Shown here one piece after another: positions 27,101-37,400 of a stretch of DNA of 64,000 bases. The position numbers and the translations under genes were made by a program. Source of the DNA: Candidatus Heimdallarchaeum aukensis (GTDB lineage: Archaea; Asgardarchaeota; Heimdallarchaeia; Heimdallarchaeales; Heimdallarchaeaceae). Within the stretch, counting starts at the first letter, position 1, and every line of letters starts with the position of its first letter. The stretch lies in the NCBI GenBank assembly GCA_021513695.1, contig CP084166.1, forward strand, positions 256,001 to 320,000, written 5' to 3'. The notes under the pieces are model-generated. The model made no database searches. It was not told the origin of the DNA and saw nothing but the letters and a program-made list of their open reading frames with translations.

Positions 27101-27269
27101 AGCTTTTCTTAGCACAATTTCCAAACAAAAGAAAAAGGAAATAATCGCGAAAATAATAGAGGAAAATAACTCATTTGTGTTTGATTTAGATGATAAAAGT
27201 AAAGATAGTCTTGTTATTCAGTTAAAGGAAATTGTCTCAAAAAGTCTAAGAAAGTTAAAAGAGGAATAA
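24114..27269 (+). CDS. large hypothetical protein (1051 aa), possibly a degenerate P-loop NTPase-like domain plus a helical C-terminal half
   Basis: No canonical GxxxxGK[ST] found by eye. Walker-B-like PVIVVIDNAELFF and sensor-like IILSTSF blocks are present. The C-terminal 450 aa are charged and helical. Confidence 0.45.
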   Translation: MKGTAIATSKFQGKNQAIYSIKKDDKITLYCAFIIRPKKKEVEKKGDYEKKTTIFVTDTKSLFLPLNIDSSLKIMLHRFILPAKLRKITKEKNKGIEISRKKEESEEINVFLTYYIFKISKTYDLTVNLLSMNTLLEDFAETVRSNLKELFLSLGAVGRITGELLEKIVCLNVTDKSSIINNNSKEFLTELAKEFVVIEKSTEIQSIFLPGPSVDLRTSSVFFTPSRIESAFPLGKTEEGFLVGFPPSFSYPILLCGDKKIRKILLSKILENSSAKFIVLGEINGKIRKKNVKLSLGENFTFNILSPMFMRKVLSERDYWRYLSDFLLIVKEVTEVRNENLLQIPEIIKFYIQEYEQSEDNLFTPFDYSSVTIDDIYTMLTSEPGGLIISDYQLAALRSVFTDISDNSVSTVTNINGKHGIEALIDQNHIIDFSKHSIKVRKIFVYSLLLQLYLYFQTDLISKPVIVVIDNAELFFSTEVERTFISKLLTLFESLPVNIILSTSFPSHLALTAFDLTNNRIIANLRSAKCAKLIADSHNLLKEQKEMLLRLPQNSFLILREDFFEKPFLAYLQREDLNLFSNSRRFNLEKLDSLVDIGNTSAILEDENRVIEPIFDEEDLLPIMIDILRKLDSKAQRGINSESLVNLFPDYPAIEVKNAVKLLELRGLIFRETVDKEGRKGEFWTKISPLGKKMLSRFEIQSIAKNDKIDKVERKEEEITILKNEQSHNEKISNKKQNNGKKDSLEQSEVINHLEKVQNNLKNSRNPVDAFLDSIMKVEKKAIQIFSRKGKKIGKISDFYILLHDFIQKAKAVDFNIQSELKEFEQYLNSLYDVLEDSESLEQMSDEILERVMRKGLNLLDQIHVKCSFDKIERNSSNLPELLEKELNSDKWENIETKFDDEVVSDIKHNIKNDIQSMFLTDSEKQVFQVLNHALEAPKDSFIDYARKAIARLMKIKMQFYPNLDDKEFIIIFVRFFEKNQLPIPFNESILMVDELAFLSTISKQKKKEIIAKIIEENNSFVFDLDDKSKDSLVIQLKEIVSKSLRKLKEE

Positions 27270-27281
27270 AAAGGGAGAAGG

Positions 27282-29393
27282 ATGAATGAAATAGAGTTAA
27301 GTTCTGAAAAACTAGAGGATTTTCAACAGAGGTGTATGGAAACTTTTTTGAAAAAAGAAAATTGCCTTATTTCTTCTCCTTCTTCTACAGGAAAAACATT
27401 TCTAGTTAAAGAATATATTAAAAATTACATTATAGAAAACTACTCAACTATTCTACGATCTCCTAAAAAAATGAAAATAGTGCTACTGTTTCCTTATAAG
27501 GCGATTGCTATACAAGAATTTAACTCACTAGTCGATTTTGCAGAAAAAAAGATGATCAAGATATTCTTATCTGTTGGAGGAGTAAAGTTAAACAAAGAAA
27601 CAGTAATGGAAGCAAATATTATTGTTGGAACATTTGAAAAGTTTTACTTCATTTTGAATCTATTCCCTGAAATTCAAAAGAACTTGAAAATATTGGTAAT
27701 AGATGAATTTCACTTTTTAGGTTATAATAGGGGAAAAGTGATAGAAAGTATATTATTAAAAGTTAAGGAAAACAAAAATACACAGATTATTCTTTTATCC
27801 TCATCAATCGGGAATCCTGAGGAAATAGCAAGTTGGTTAGGCTTTAAACTTTTGCAATATAATAAACGCTTAGTACCGTTGGAATTGAATATAAAAAAAA
27901 TTGAAAAATCTCTTATACAAGAAATATTTTCAATCAGCAAAGCTAACTTACCTGCTATTATATTTCAAAACTCAAGATCTAAAGTAGAAAAATTAGCTCT
28001 AGAATTAGCAAAAAAAAGAAAAGATGTATTGATAAAGAATTTCGAAGAGTTTTTCGTAAATTCTCCTAACCTTATTTCAATAATGGAAGAAGTTTATTTC
28101 CCTGATAAACTAAAAGAAGCAATTTCAAAGAGAGTGGCTTATCATCATGCAGGTTTAAGTGATATAGTTAGAGTATTTGTAGAACAATTATTTCTTTCTG
28201 GAGAGATTGATTACTTGATTTCTACTTCCACTCTGTCAGCTGGAATAAATCTTCCAGCTAAAATGTCAATTTTTGTTATAGAAAGAAAACAATCTGAAGT
28301 TGATAATAATTTAATTTTTCAAATTCTGGGGAGAGCAGGAAGATTTGAGTTTCAAGATAAAGGAATAGGAATTCTATTAATAAGACCAGCTTATTTGAAA
28401 GAATATAGCGACAAACTTTTTGACCAAAGAGGAAAACCTATTTACAGTAGTTTAAAAAGCCAATTTTTTGACTATGATTTTTTGATCAAATATTTTCTGG
28501 TAGAAATCGCATTTTCTAAGGAACCTGTTTCAGTAAGGATAGAAGATTTATTAAAAAAAATCGAGAATTCACTATGGTTTTATAGTAACAAAGAAATATT
28601 CTTAGTATTTAACTCTAAAGATGTTCATTATGCACTTTTTTCTCAAGCCTACTCAAGTTTGGATTATGAAGAGATAGTTGATTATTATGAGAAATTAGAT
28701 GAAGCTTTTGGTATAAAGCCTTCTAATTTACAACTCGTTTCTAAGCAAGAAAAAGGCAAAGGTAACTTCTCTTTTATAATTTTAGAGAATGAAAAAAAAT
28801 ACAAAGTAATTATGAATTTAGAAAGAAGACAATGTTCTTGTCAGTCAAAGTACAGCAATTATCTTTGTAGACATCAGCGTTTTTTGATTAAGATGTATCC
28901 TTTCATGAAAGAATATTGGTTAAATAAATATGGAATAATCGATTGGCTGATCGATAATGGTTTTTTAGTTAGAAGCAAAGGAATGAAGGTTAATCCTACT
29001 TTATTGGGAAAAATTTCTGCAAAATTTTTTATTCACCCTTATTCTTTTCTTCATTTTCTTCATTTATTAATTATCTATCCTAACATTAACTTTTCCTCTT
29101 TTTTTACTAAAGTTGTTCTATTCGATGAACAAATAAAGAGAGATATTAAGTCAAATGAACTAACAAATATACAAGCTTTGCAAATATTTCAACTATTAGT
29201 AAAACAAGAACCATTAACAATATGCTCAAAATACAATATTTCAGACAGTCTATTAGAAAATTGGCAAGAAATATATACCAAGTACAAGAGTTTATTTTTT
29301 GAATTAAAGAAACTTATGGGAAAAAATCTAGCAAAAGGGAACTTTACAAATAATTTCCTCACGAAAAATGAAGTTGAAGAAACAATTCGTTAA
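27282..29393 (+). CDS. Ski2/Hel308-like SF2 DExH helicase with an embedded SWIM-type zinc finger
   Basis: 703 aa. Motif I SSPSSTGKT, Ia PYKAIAIQ, II VIDEFHFLG, III LLSSSIG, V TSTLSAGINLPA (compare Hel308 TPTLAAGVNLPA), VI ILGRAGRFEF. SWIM signature CSCQSKYSNYLCRH (CxCx8CxH) near residue 520. Confidence 0.7.
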   Translation: MNEIELSSEKLEDFQQRCMETFLKKENCLISSPSSTGKTFLVKEYIKNYIIENYSTILRSPKKMKIVLLFPYKAIAIQEFNSLVDFAEKKMIKIFLSVGGVKLNKETVMEANIIVGTFEKFYFILNLFPEIQKNLKILVIDEFHFLGYNRGKVIESILLKVKENKNTQIILLSSSIGNPEEIASWLGFKLLQYNKRLVPLELNIKKIEKSLIQEIFSISKANLPAIIFQNSRSKVEKLALELAKKRKDVLIKNFEEFFVNSPNLISIMEEVYFPDKLKEAISKRVAYHHAGLSDIVRVFVEQLFLSGEIDYLISTSTLSAGINLPAKMSIFVIERKQSEVDNNLIFQILGRAGRFEFQDKGIGILLIRPAYLKEYSDKLFDQRGKPIYSSLKSQFFDYDFLIKYFLVEIAFSKEPVSVRIEDLLKKIENSLWFYSNKEIFLVFNSKDVHYALFSQAYSSLDYEEIVDYYEKLDEAFGIKPSNLQLVSKQEKGKGNFSFIILENEKKYKVIMNLERRQCSCQSKYSNYLCRHQRFLIKMYPFMKEYWLNKYGIIDWLIDNGFLVRSKGMKVNPTLLGKISAKFFIHPYSFLHFLHLLIIYPNINFSSFFTKVVLFDEQIKRDIKSNELTNIQALQIFQLLVKQEPLTICSKYNISDSLLENWQEIYTKYKSLFFELKKLMGKNLAKGNFTNNFLTKNEVEETIR

Positions 29394-29431
29394 ATATTTC
29401 TCGGTTTATAAATTATTTCTTTTATTATCAT

Positions 29432-31276
29432 TTGAAGCTGATGAAAAGAGATAATTTCCTACTTACATTTTTAATTTTAATTATAGTATGTACAATTTTA
29501 CTTATTCCGCTTTATTTTACTGAAGCTCACTATTTAGAACAAGAGGAAGAAAAAAAGCAAATAAAAAATGAGCTTCAATCTACTATCCTTATTCCTCATG
29601 ATATTGTCTTTAATTTCACAGATAAACTTTCTAAATACACTTACTCTTTTGTTCAGAATCTTACATTAAGTGGATTATATGGTTTAGAAATTCTGTTTAA
29701 AACTGGTGGGAGTTTAGCTTTAAGTGATACCTTAAAAGTAAAGATAGTTATGGAGGATAGAATAAATATCAGCTTCACAATAGATAAATTATTTCAAGAC
29801 TCCAATATTCATTCTTTAACAAAAAGTCTTTATTGTGAAAATATTGGAGAAGAAGCAAAGATAACAATATATTTTGAAGGACAATGTTTCATTGGAAAAG
29901 AGGGTAATCTAACTCTTTTCAAAACTATTAATCTTTATTCTTATGATATTCTATCTTTAAAAACAGAAAAAATTATTAGTCCTGACGTTATCCCTCATTC
30001 TATCTCTTTTTCAGGGAATTCTTTCTCCAAAAAGACTTTTTCTGTAAAATCATTTTTTAATGTAGAAAATACAAACATCACAAAAATTAAGTTAAATTTT
30101 ACATTTAATACAAATGATTTTGTTTCACTAGAAAGAAAAATAACTTTTCAGATAGGTTCAAACCTTACAGAAAAGGATTTTAGTTCAGGATTAAACACAA
30201 TTTTATTGTCATTAGATTGTGGAAGTGATCTAAATATTTTGAATATCTCTTTTACAGTAGGTTATAGCTCTGATATCATACATTTAGAGGATTTTAGTTT
30301 AAGTATTGAAGTAGAGAAAGAAGAAGAAACAAGTAAAGAAAGAGAAATTCTTGAATTTAAAGAATGGGAAGGAGATAAGATAGATTTAACTTTTGACATC
30401 TCAATTCTAAAAAATGAGCAGAGTTCTAAGGAGTTAATAATAAACTTAAATCTTAGTTGTGGTTTTGAAGGTGCAACTGTAACTCCTTACATTGAATTTA
30501 GAATTATTTCTGGAATATATACTATTTATACAGGAAAAGTAATGAGTTATGAACAAAGCGAAGAAGAGTTAATAAAAATAAATACTTATACCTACACTTA
30601 CAATAAACCTCTATTAGTTAACTTTTACGCTAAATTAGAAAATAGTGGGAAAGGACAGATCTTTATTTACAATTCTTCTAATCTTACTGCTTCAAAAATC
30701 CCACAAATGTCTTCTAAAGGTTTATTTAGGGAAGTAGAATCAGAGAAAAACGTCTACACTCCTCAACTAGGTGCAGTCATCCTAAATTACTACGATGTCT
30801 TTTTCAATGATTATTCATTAACAATAGATTATGTTTTTAATTTGACTTTTACCCTTTTCACAGATTATGATGAAGTTTTTGATAGAATAAATGTTGGAAT
30901 AACAATAGGCGTAAATACTTCAATAAATAAGATTTTTAGTAAACCTGGTAAGATCTCAATTACTGAAGACGTTAAAATCTATCAAGGATATAACGAGGTT
31001 AAAATCAAGTTAACAATTTATGGTTCAGGAACCTATGTCTCTCTCAGAAATATAACTTATAGACTTAATCCGATTAAAGATTTTTCTTTTCAAGATGAAA
31101 ATCAAACAATTAGTTCGGTAAATATTCCCTTGATAAAACCCCCTTATACAATAAGTTTAGGAATAAGTTCGATTTTAGGTCAATGGGTAATTGGAGGAGT
31201 ATTCGCTAGAGTGTTTAACAGTAGCAAAAAGAAAAATAAACTCTCTAAAAATATGAAATATAAGTTAGAGTTTTAA
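29432..31276 (+). CDS. bitopic membrane/surface hypothetical protein
   Basis: 614 aa. N-terminal anchor FLLTFLILIIVCTILLIPLYF and C-terminal hydrophobic segment ISLGISSILGQWVIGGVFA followed by a KKKNK tail. Middle region beta-rich and Asn/Ser/Thr-rich. Confidence 0.4.
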   Translation: MKLMKRDNFLLTFLILIIVCTILLIPLYFTEAHYLEQEEEKKQIKNELQSTILIPHDIVFNFTDKLSKYTYSFVQNLTLSGLYGLEILFKTGGSLALSDTLKVKIVMEDRINISFTIDKLFQDSNIHSLTKSLYCENIGEEAKITIYFEGQCFIGKEGNLTLFKTINLYSYDILSLKTEKIISPDVIPHSISFSGNSFSKKTFSVKSFFNVENTNITKIKLNFTFNTNDFVSLERKITFQIGSNLTEKDFSSGLNTILLSLDCGSDLNILNISFTVGYSSDIIHLEDFSLSIEVEKEEETSKEREILEFKEWEGDKIDLTFDISILKNEQSSKELIINLNLSCGFEGATVTPYIEFRIISGIYTIYTGKVMSYEQSEEELIKINTYTYTYNKPLLVNFYAKLENSGKGQIFIYNSSNLTASKIPQMSSKGLFREVESEKNVYTPQLGAVILNYYDVFFNDYSLTIDYVFNLTFTLFTDYDEVFDRINVGITIGVNTSINKIFSKPGKISITEDVKIYQGYNEVKIKLTIYGSGTYVSLRNITYRLNPIKDFSFQDENQTISSVNIPLIKPPYTISLGISSILGQWVIGGVFARVFNSSKKKNKLSKNMKYKLEF

Positions 31277-31473
31277 TTCTAATATTTTCTGTTTCTAAAT
31301 AAAAAGTGCTATTAGAAAGCTAAAAATTCTTAATTTGTTCATTGATATTTATTTAACCAATTAAACATTTTTAAGATACTCCTAATACAGATTTTAGAAC
31401 TCTTTAATAAAAGAACTACAACAAGAAGATTATTCATCATGTTAAAAACTTAAGAAAAGTTTATTAAAGATAA

Positions 31474-34400
31474 ATGACGTCATCTGTCATGTCAACAACT
31501 GTCCTAAAATCATTATTGTTAATTCTAGTTCTTGCTCCAACAATAGTAATGATAAATAATAATGAAAATAATTTATTTAACCTACAAAATGAAGAAAATA
31601 GTAAGAATGAGATTTATTCATTAAACAACAGTAATGAGAATTTTATTGACATATCGAATAAAAAAAATAATGATAATATTCTAGAAAACGACGTAAGAGC
31701 TAGTAATAAGGATAGAATACTTTTATCTTCTCTTCCAGATAGCGCTAATTGGGTAGAAAAAAATGAGTCATTTACTGGTAGATTTTATCAATCATTAAGT
31801 GATTTAGATGAAGATAAAATCCCAGAGCTTATAACTCTTTCTGATACTAATGGGCAAATTCAAGATATTGGAGAACCTGGTTATACAAAATTTTTGGAAT
31901 ATAACGAAACAACAGGAACTTTTTCAAATGAACTATTGTCTATTAGTACAGCGGGCCCTACAATTTATTATCCTGTTGAAGCTTATGCTGATAATGCTGT
32001 ATATTTGCTCGAAAAGACTTTTTCAGCAGATAATTCTGATCATATTTTTGTTTGGAAAAAATGGAATGGAACTGATATTATCAACGTTTCTTCAAATATC
32101 TATATTAAAAATGATGGTTTATATGATTATGACAGTTATGATTTTGATTTAGATGGAAATGTAGATTTAGTTTGTAATTGGGGTTATTATTCAGGTGTAT
32201 GGACAAGATTAGAGTTAGAGAATGGGCTTTTTTCTTCAACTGATTATTCATTTTATAACGGGGGCAGATCTATTTTTGTAGAAGATTTGGATAACGATGG
32301 TAATCCAAATGTAGCTGTACTATATGCTGTTGATAAAATAAATATTTATAATTATAATCCGAGTATAAATGATTTCCAATTTCAACAACAAATTACTGGT
32401 ATTAGTTCATTAAAAGTAATGTATCCTTGGGATTATGACCATAATGGCTATACTGATATTATTGTTGTTTCTCATGAGACTGGAGTTGTTATTTATTCAT
32501 ATGAATGGGATAGTTCTTCTTCTTCTTATGTTCAAAAACTATCATATACCATTCCTGAAGCGACAGATAGTCAATGGACTGGTGTTCCTAGGTATTGTGA
32601 TCTTCTTGGAGATGGAGAAATTACAATGGTTTTTGATATTGTCCGTAATTCACGTTCTGAAATAGGTTTTATCACTTATGAAAATAATAACTTTGCTTTT
32701 AATTCTATTTATAATCATACAGATAGTTCGAAAATTTATTTTACATCTGCTCAAATTGATAATGATCCAGAAAGAGAAATTCTAGTAAATTATGAAAAGA
32801 ATGTAGATGAATTCTATACGAAAATATTAGATTTGGAAGCGTTTAATGAGGGTCGGTATTTTGAAACTTTTGACTCTGATGTTTTTCTTTCTAATCCAAA
32901 TATGAAATATTCTTGGAGCAGGAGTAAAGATAATGTAGTCGTATCTAATGGATCTTTAAAAATTTTAGCTGATGAAACAAATGATGATTATGCAAAACTA
33001 CAACTTTTTTCTGGAACTAAATCAATACAAATCAGAGCTAGAGTAACTTTAAATGGTGACAAATTCAACTATCCTGAAATAATAATTAAAAATGACAATA
33101 ATGAAATAGTAGCCAATTTGACATTTAGTCAAATAGATGGATGGCAAACACCACAGTTAAGCTATTTAAGTGATTACAGAGGACCAACAATAAAAGGCGT
33201 TTGGTATGATTTAATGATCAACTTTGGTTTTAATTCTCTTACATTTTATACAAAGAAGCCTTATCAAGATTATTGGCGCTATATTGCCAGATTTAATATT
33301 AATGGAAATTTAAACGAATTAATTTTTTATCAACGCAATAATGCAGAAATAGAAATGGATTCTATTGACATTTTTTATAGTTATGACAGTGATAATGATG
33401 GGTTAAGTGATGATAGCGAAACTCTAATCTATCAAACTGATCCTCTAGATCCTGATACTGATGACGATGCTTATACAGATGGAGATGAAATAGAAACAGG
33501 AACAGACCCACTTGATCCTTTAAGTTATCCCAAATCTTACTCCTCAATTTTTTCAGAAAATTTTGAAACAGGAATATTAGATGAAAATAATTGGAGTTTG
33601 TATTCTTCCAATAATGTTGGAGAATGGACTATTGTTAAATATCAAGGAAACTATTGGGTACAGCATCTTTATTCAGGTAGTGTGATAGGACATACTGATC
33701 CTAACATACTTGTTTCATCTCCTCTAAATTTTGGTGACAATTTTACTATTTCATATGTAGTTAGACCTCTCACTTATCAATACGATGAGGTTGGAATTTT
33801 CTTTCTCTGTCCTAATGGTACAGGTTTCAGACTAGGAACTTTTAATGTATATCATGATTTTATAAGAATAGGTGCTTCTAGCTATTATGATTTTGCTTTC
33901 ACAGCTGATTTAGATAAGACTTATTATATGAAAGTTACTTATGTAGATGATACAGTTACCGTTTTTTGTAATGACTCTCAAATTGCACAGGTAAATAATA
34001 TAGACCTCCCATCTGAAGGATCATTAGGATTAAGGAGTAGAGGATATTATGGTCAAGCTTCTCATGCTCTTTATGACAATATTACAATACATAGTACAGC
34101 TTTGTTAAATGAGACCTTTGATTTTGATATCTTTGACACTTATTCAAATTGGATAAGAGATACTACTTCTTTTACTGTTGATACAACCAATAGTTGGTTA
34201 CATAAAGGTACAACAGGTAGTTATAATCATATTGCAAAATATAATAAAACAATACAATTTCCATTCACTATAAATGTAAGAGGAAGATTGGTAAGTGGAG
34301 GATATGATTATACATTTCCTGGATTATATCTCTGTTATCCAAATGGTTCGTCAATGTCAATTGTTTTTAATGGAGGAGGTACAGGAGGAGACTATTGGAC

Positions 34401-37400
34401 ATTTTGGGGTCGCAGAGATTCGGACTATGGTCCTCAAGCAGAAAATGTATGGTGGAATATTAAAGTTCTTTTGGATAATGGAACTCAATTTCTCTACTCC
34501 AAAAGTGACACTGATAGTAGTTGGATTTTAATTGCTAAAACAAATCTTTTATTTGAAAGTAATCATATTTATGTAGGTTTTAGTAGTCCTTGGGACGCTG
34601 TTTTTGACATAGATTATATTGAGATAATTTCGAGGAGTACAAATCCAATTGATACTGATTCTGATGGATTACTAGATGAGGATGAGATAAATATTTACGG
34701 TACTAACCCTTCTAATTCTGATACTGATTCTGATGGTATGCCTGACGGTTGGGAGGTTACTAACAGTTTGGACCCCTTAACTGATGATTCTTCTTTAGAC
34801 GCTGATTCTGATGGTTTAACTAATTTAGAAGAATACTCTTCTGGTACTGACCCCAATAATAGTGATTCTGATAATGATGGTTTAACTGATGGTTCAGAGG
34901 TTAATACTTACAATACTGACCCCAATGATTCTGATACTGATTCTGATGGTATGCCTGACGGTTGGGAAGTAAACTACAGTTTGGACCCCTTAACTGATGA
35001 TTCTTCTTTAGACGCTGATTCTGACAGTTTAACTAATTTAGAAGAGTATCAAAATAACACTGACCCCAATAATAGTGATTCTGATAATGATGGTTTAACT
35101 GATGGTTCAGAGGTTAATACTTACAATACTGACCCCAATAATTCTGATACTGATTCTGATGGTATGCCTGATGGTTGGGAAGTAAACTACAGTTTGGACC
35201 CCTTAACTGATGATTCTTCTTTAGACCCCGATTCTGACAGTTTAACTAATTTAGAAGAGTATCAAAATAACACTGACCCCAATAATAGTGATTCTGATAA
35301 TGATGATTTAACTGATGGTTCAGAGGTTAATACTTACAATACTGACCCCAATAATTCTGATACTGATTCTGATGGTATGCCTGATGGTTGGGAAGTAAAC
35401 TACAGTTTGGACCCCTTAACTGATGATTCTTCTTTAGACGCTGATTCTGATGGTTTAACTAATTTAGAAGAATACTCTTCTGGTACTAACCCTTCTAATT
35501 CTGATACTGATTCTGATGGTATGCCTGATGGTTGGGAAGTAAACTACAGTTTGGACCCCTTAACTGATGATTCTTCTTTAGACCCCGATTCTGACAGTTT
35601 AACTAATTTAGAAGAGTATCAAAATAACACTGACCCCAATAATAGTGATTCTGATAATGATGATTTAACTGATGGTTCAGAGGTTAATACTTACAATACT
35701 GACCCCAATAATTCTGATACTGATTCTGATGGTATGCCTGATGGTTGGGAAGTAAACTACAGTTTGGACCCCTTAACTGATGATTCTTCTTTAGACGCTG
35801 ATTCTGACAGTTTAACTAATTTAGAAGAATACTCTTCTGGTACTAACCCTTCTAATTCTGATACTGATTCTGATGGTATGCCTGATGGTTGGGAGGTTAC
35901 TAACAGTTTGGACCCCTTAACTGATGATTCTTCTTTAGACGCTGATTCTGATGGTTTAACTAATTTAGAAGAATACTCTTCTGGTACTGACCCCAATAAT
36001 AGTGATTCTGATTCTGATGGTATGCCTGACGGTTGGGAAGTAAACTACAGTTTGGACCCCTTAACTGATGATTCTTCTTTAGACGCTGATTCTGATGGTT
36101 TAACTAATTTAGAAGAGTATCAAAATAACACTGACCCCAATAATAGTGATTCTGATAATGATGGTTTAACTGATGGTTCAGAGGTTAATACTTACAATAC
36201 TGACCCCAATGATTCTGATACTGATTCTGATGGTATGCCTGACGGTTGGGAAGTAAACTACAGTTTGGACCCCTTAACTGATGATTCTTCTTTAGACGCT
36301 GATTCTGACAGTTTAACTAATTTAGAAGAGTATCAAAATAACACTGACCCCAATAATTCTGATTCTGATAATGATGGTTTAACTGATGGTTCAGAGGTTA
36401 ATACTTACGGTACTGACCCTAATAATTCTGATTCTGATAATGATGGTTTAACTGATGGTCAAGAGGTTAATACTTACGGTACTGACCCTAATAATTCTGA
36501 TACTGATGGAGACAGTATGCCTGATGATTGGGAAGCAAATAATAATTTAGATCCTTTAATTGATGATTCTTCTTTTGATGCTGATTCTGACGGTTTAACA
36601 AATTTAGAAGAATACTCTTCTGGTACTGACCCCAATAATAGTGATTCTGATAATGATGGTTTAACTGATGGTTCAGAGGTTAATACTTACTCTACAGATC
36701 CATTAGATTCTGACACCGACTCTGATGGTATGCTTGATGGTTGGGAGGTTACTAACAGTTTGGACCCCTTAACTGATGATTCTTCTTTAGACGCTGATTC
36801 TGACAGTTTAACTAATTTAGAAGAGTATCAAAATAACACTGACCCCAATAATAGTGATTCTGATAATGATGGTTTAACTGATGGTTCAGAGGTTAATACT
36901 TACAATACTGACCCCAATGATTCTGATTCTGATAATGATGGTATGCCTGACGGTTGGGAGGTTACTAACAGTTTGGACCCCTTAACTGATGATTCTTCTT
37001 TAGACGCTGATTCTGATGGTTTAACTAATTTAGAAGAATATTCTTCTGGTACTGGCCCTACTAATTCTGACACTGATTCTGATGGTATGCCTGACGGTTG
37101 GGAGGTTACTAACAGTTTGGACCCCTTAACTGATGATTCTTCTTTAGACACTGATTCTGATGGTTTAACTAATTTAGAAGAATACTCTTCTGGTACTGAC
37201 CCCAATAATAGTGATTCTGATTCTGATGGTATGCCTGACGGTTGGGAGGTTACTAACAGTTTGGACCCCTTAACTGATGATTCTTCTTTAGACGCTGATT
37301 CTGACAGTTTAACTAATTTAGAAGAATACTCTTCTGGTACTGACCCTAATGATTCTGACACTGATTCCGATGGCATACCTGATGGTTCAGAGGTTAATAA

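Noticed and set aside
24114-27269. Canonical Walker A P-loop in the 1051-aa protein
   Set aside because: Candidate strings (GKKIGKIS, LCGDKKIRK, GEINGKI) do not fit GxxxxGK[ST]. The protein is therefore described only as NTPase-like and possibly degenerate.
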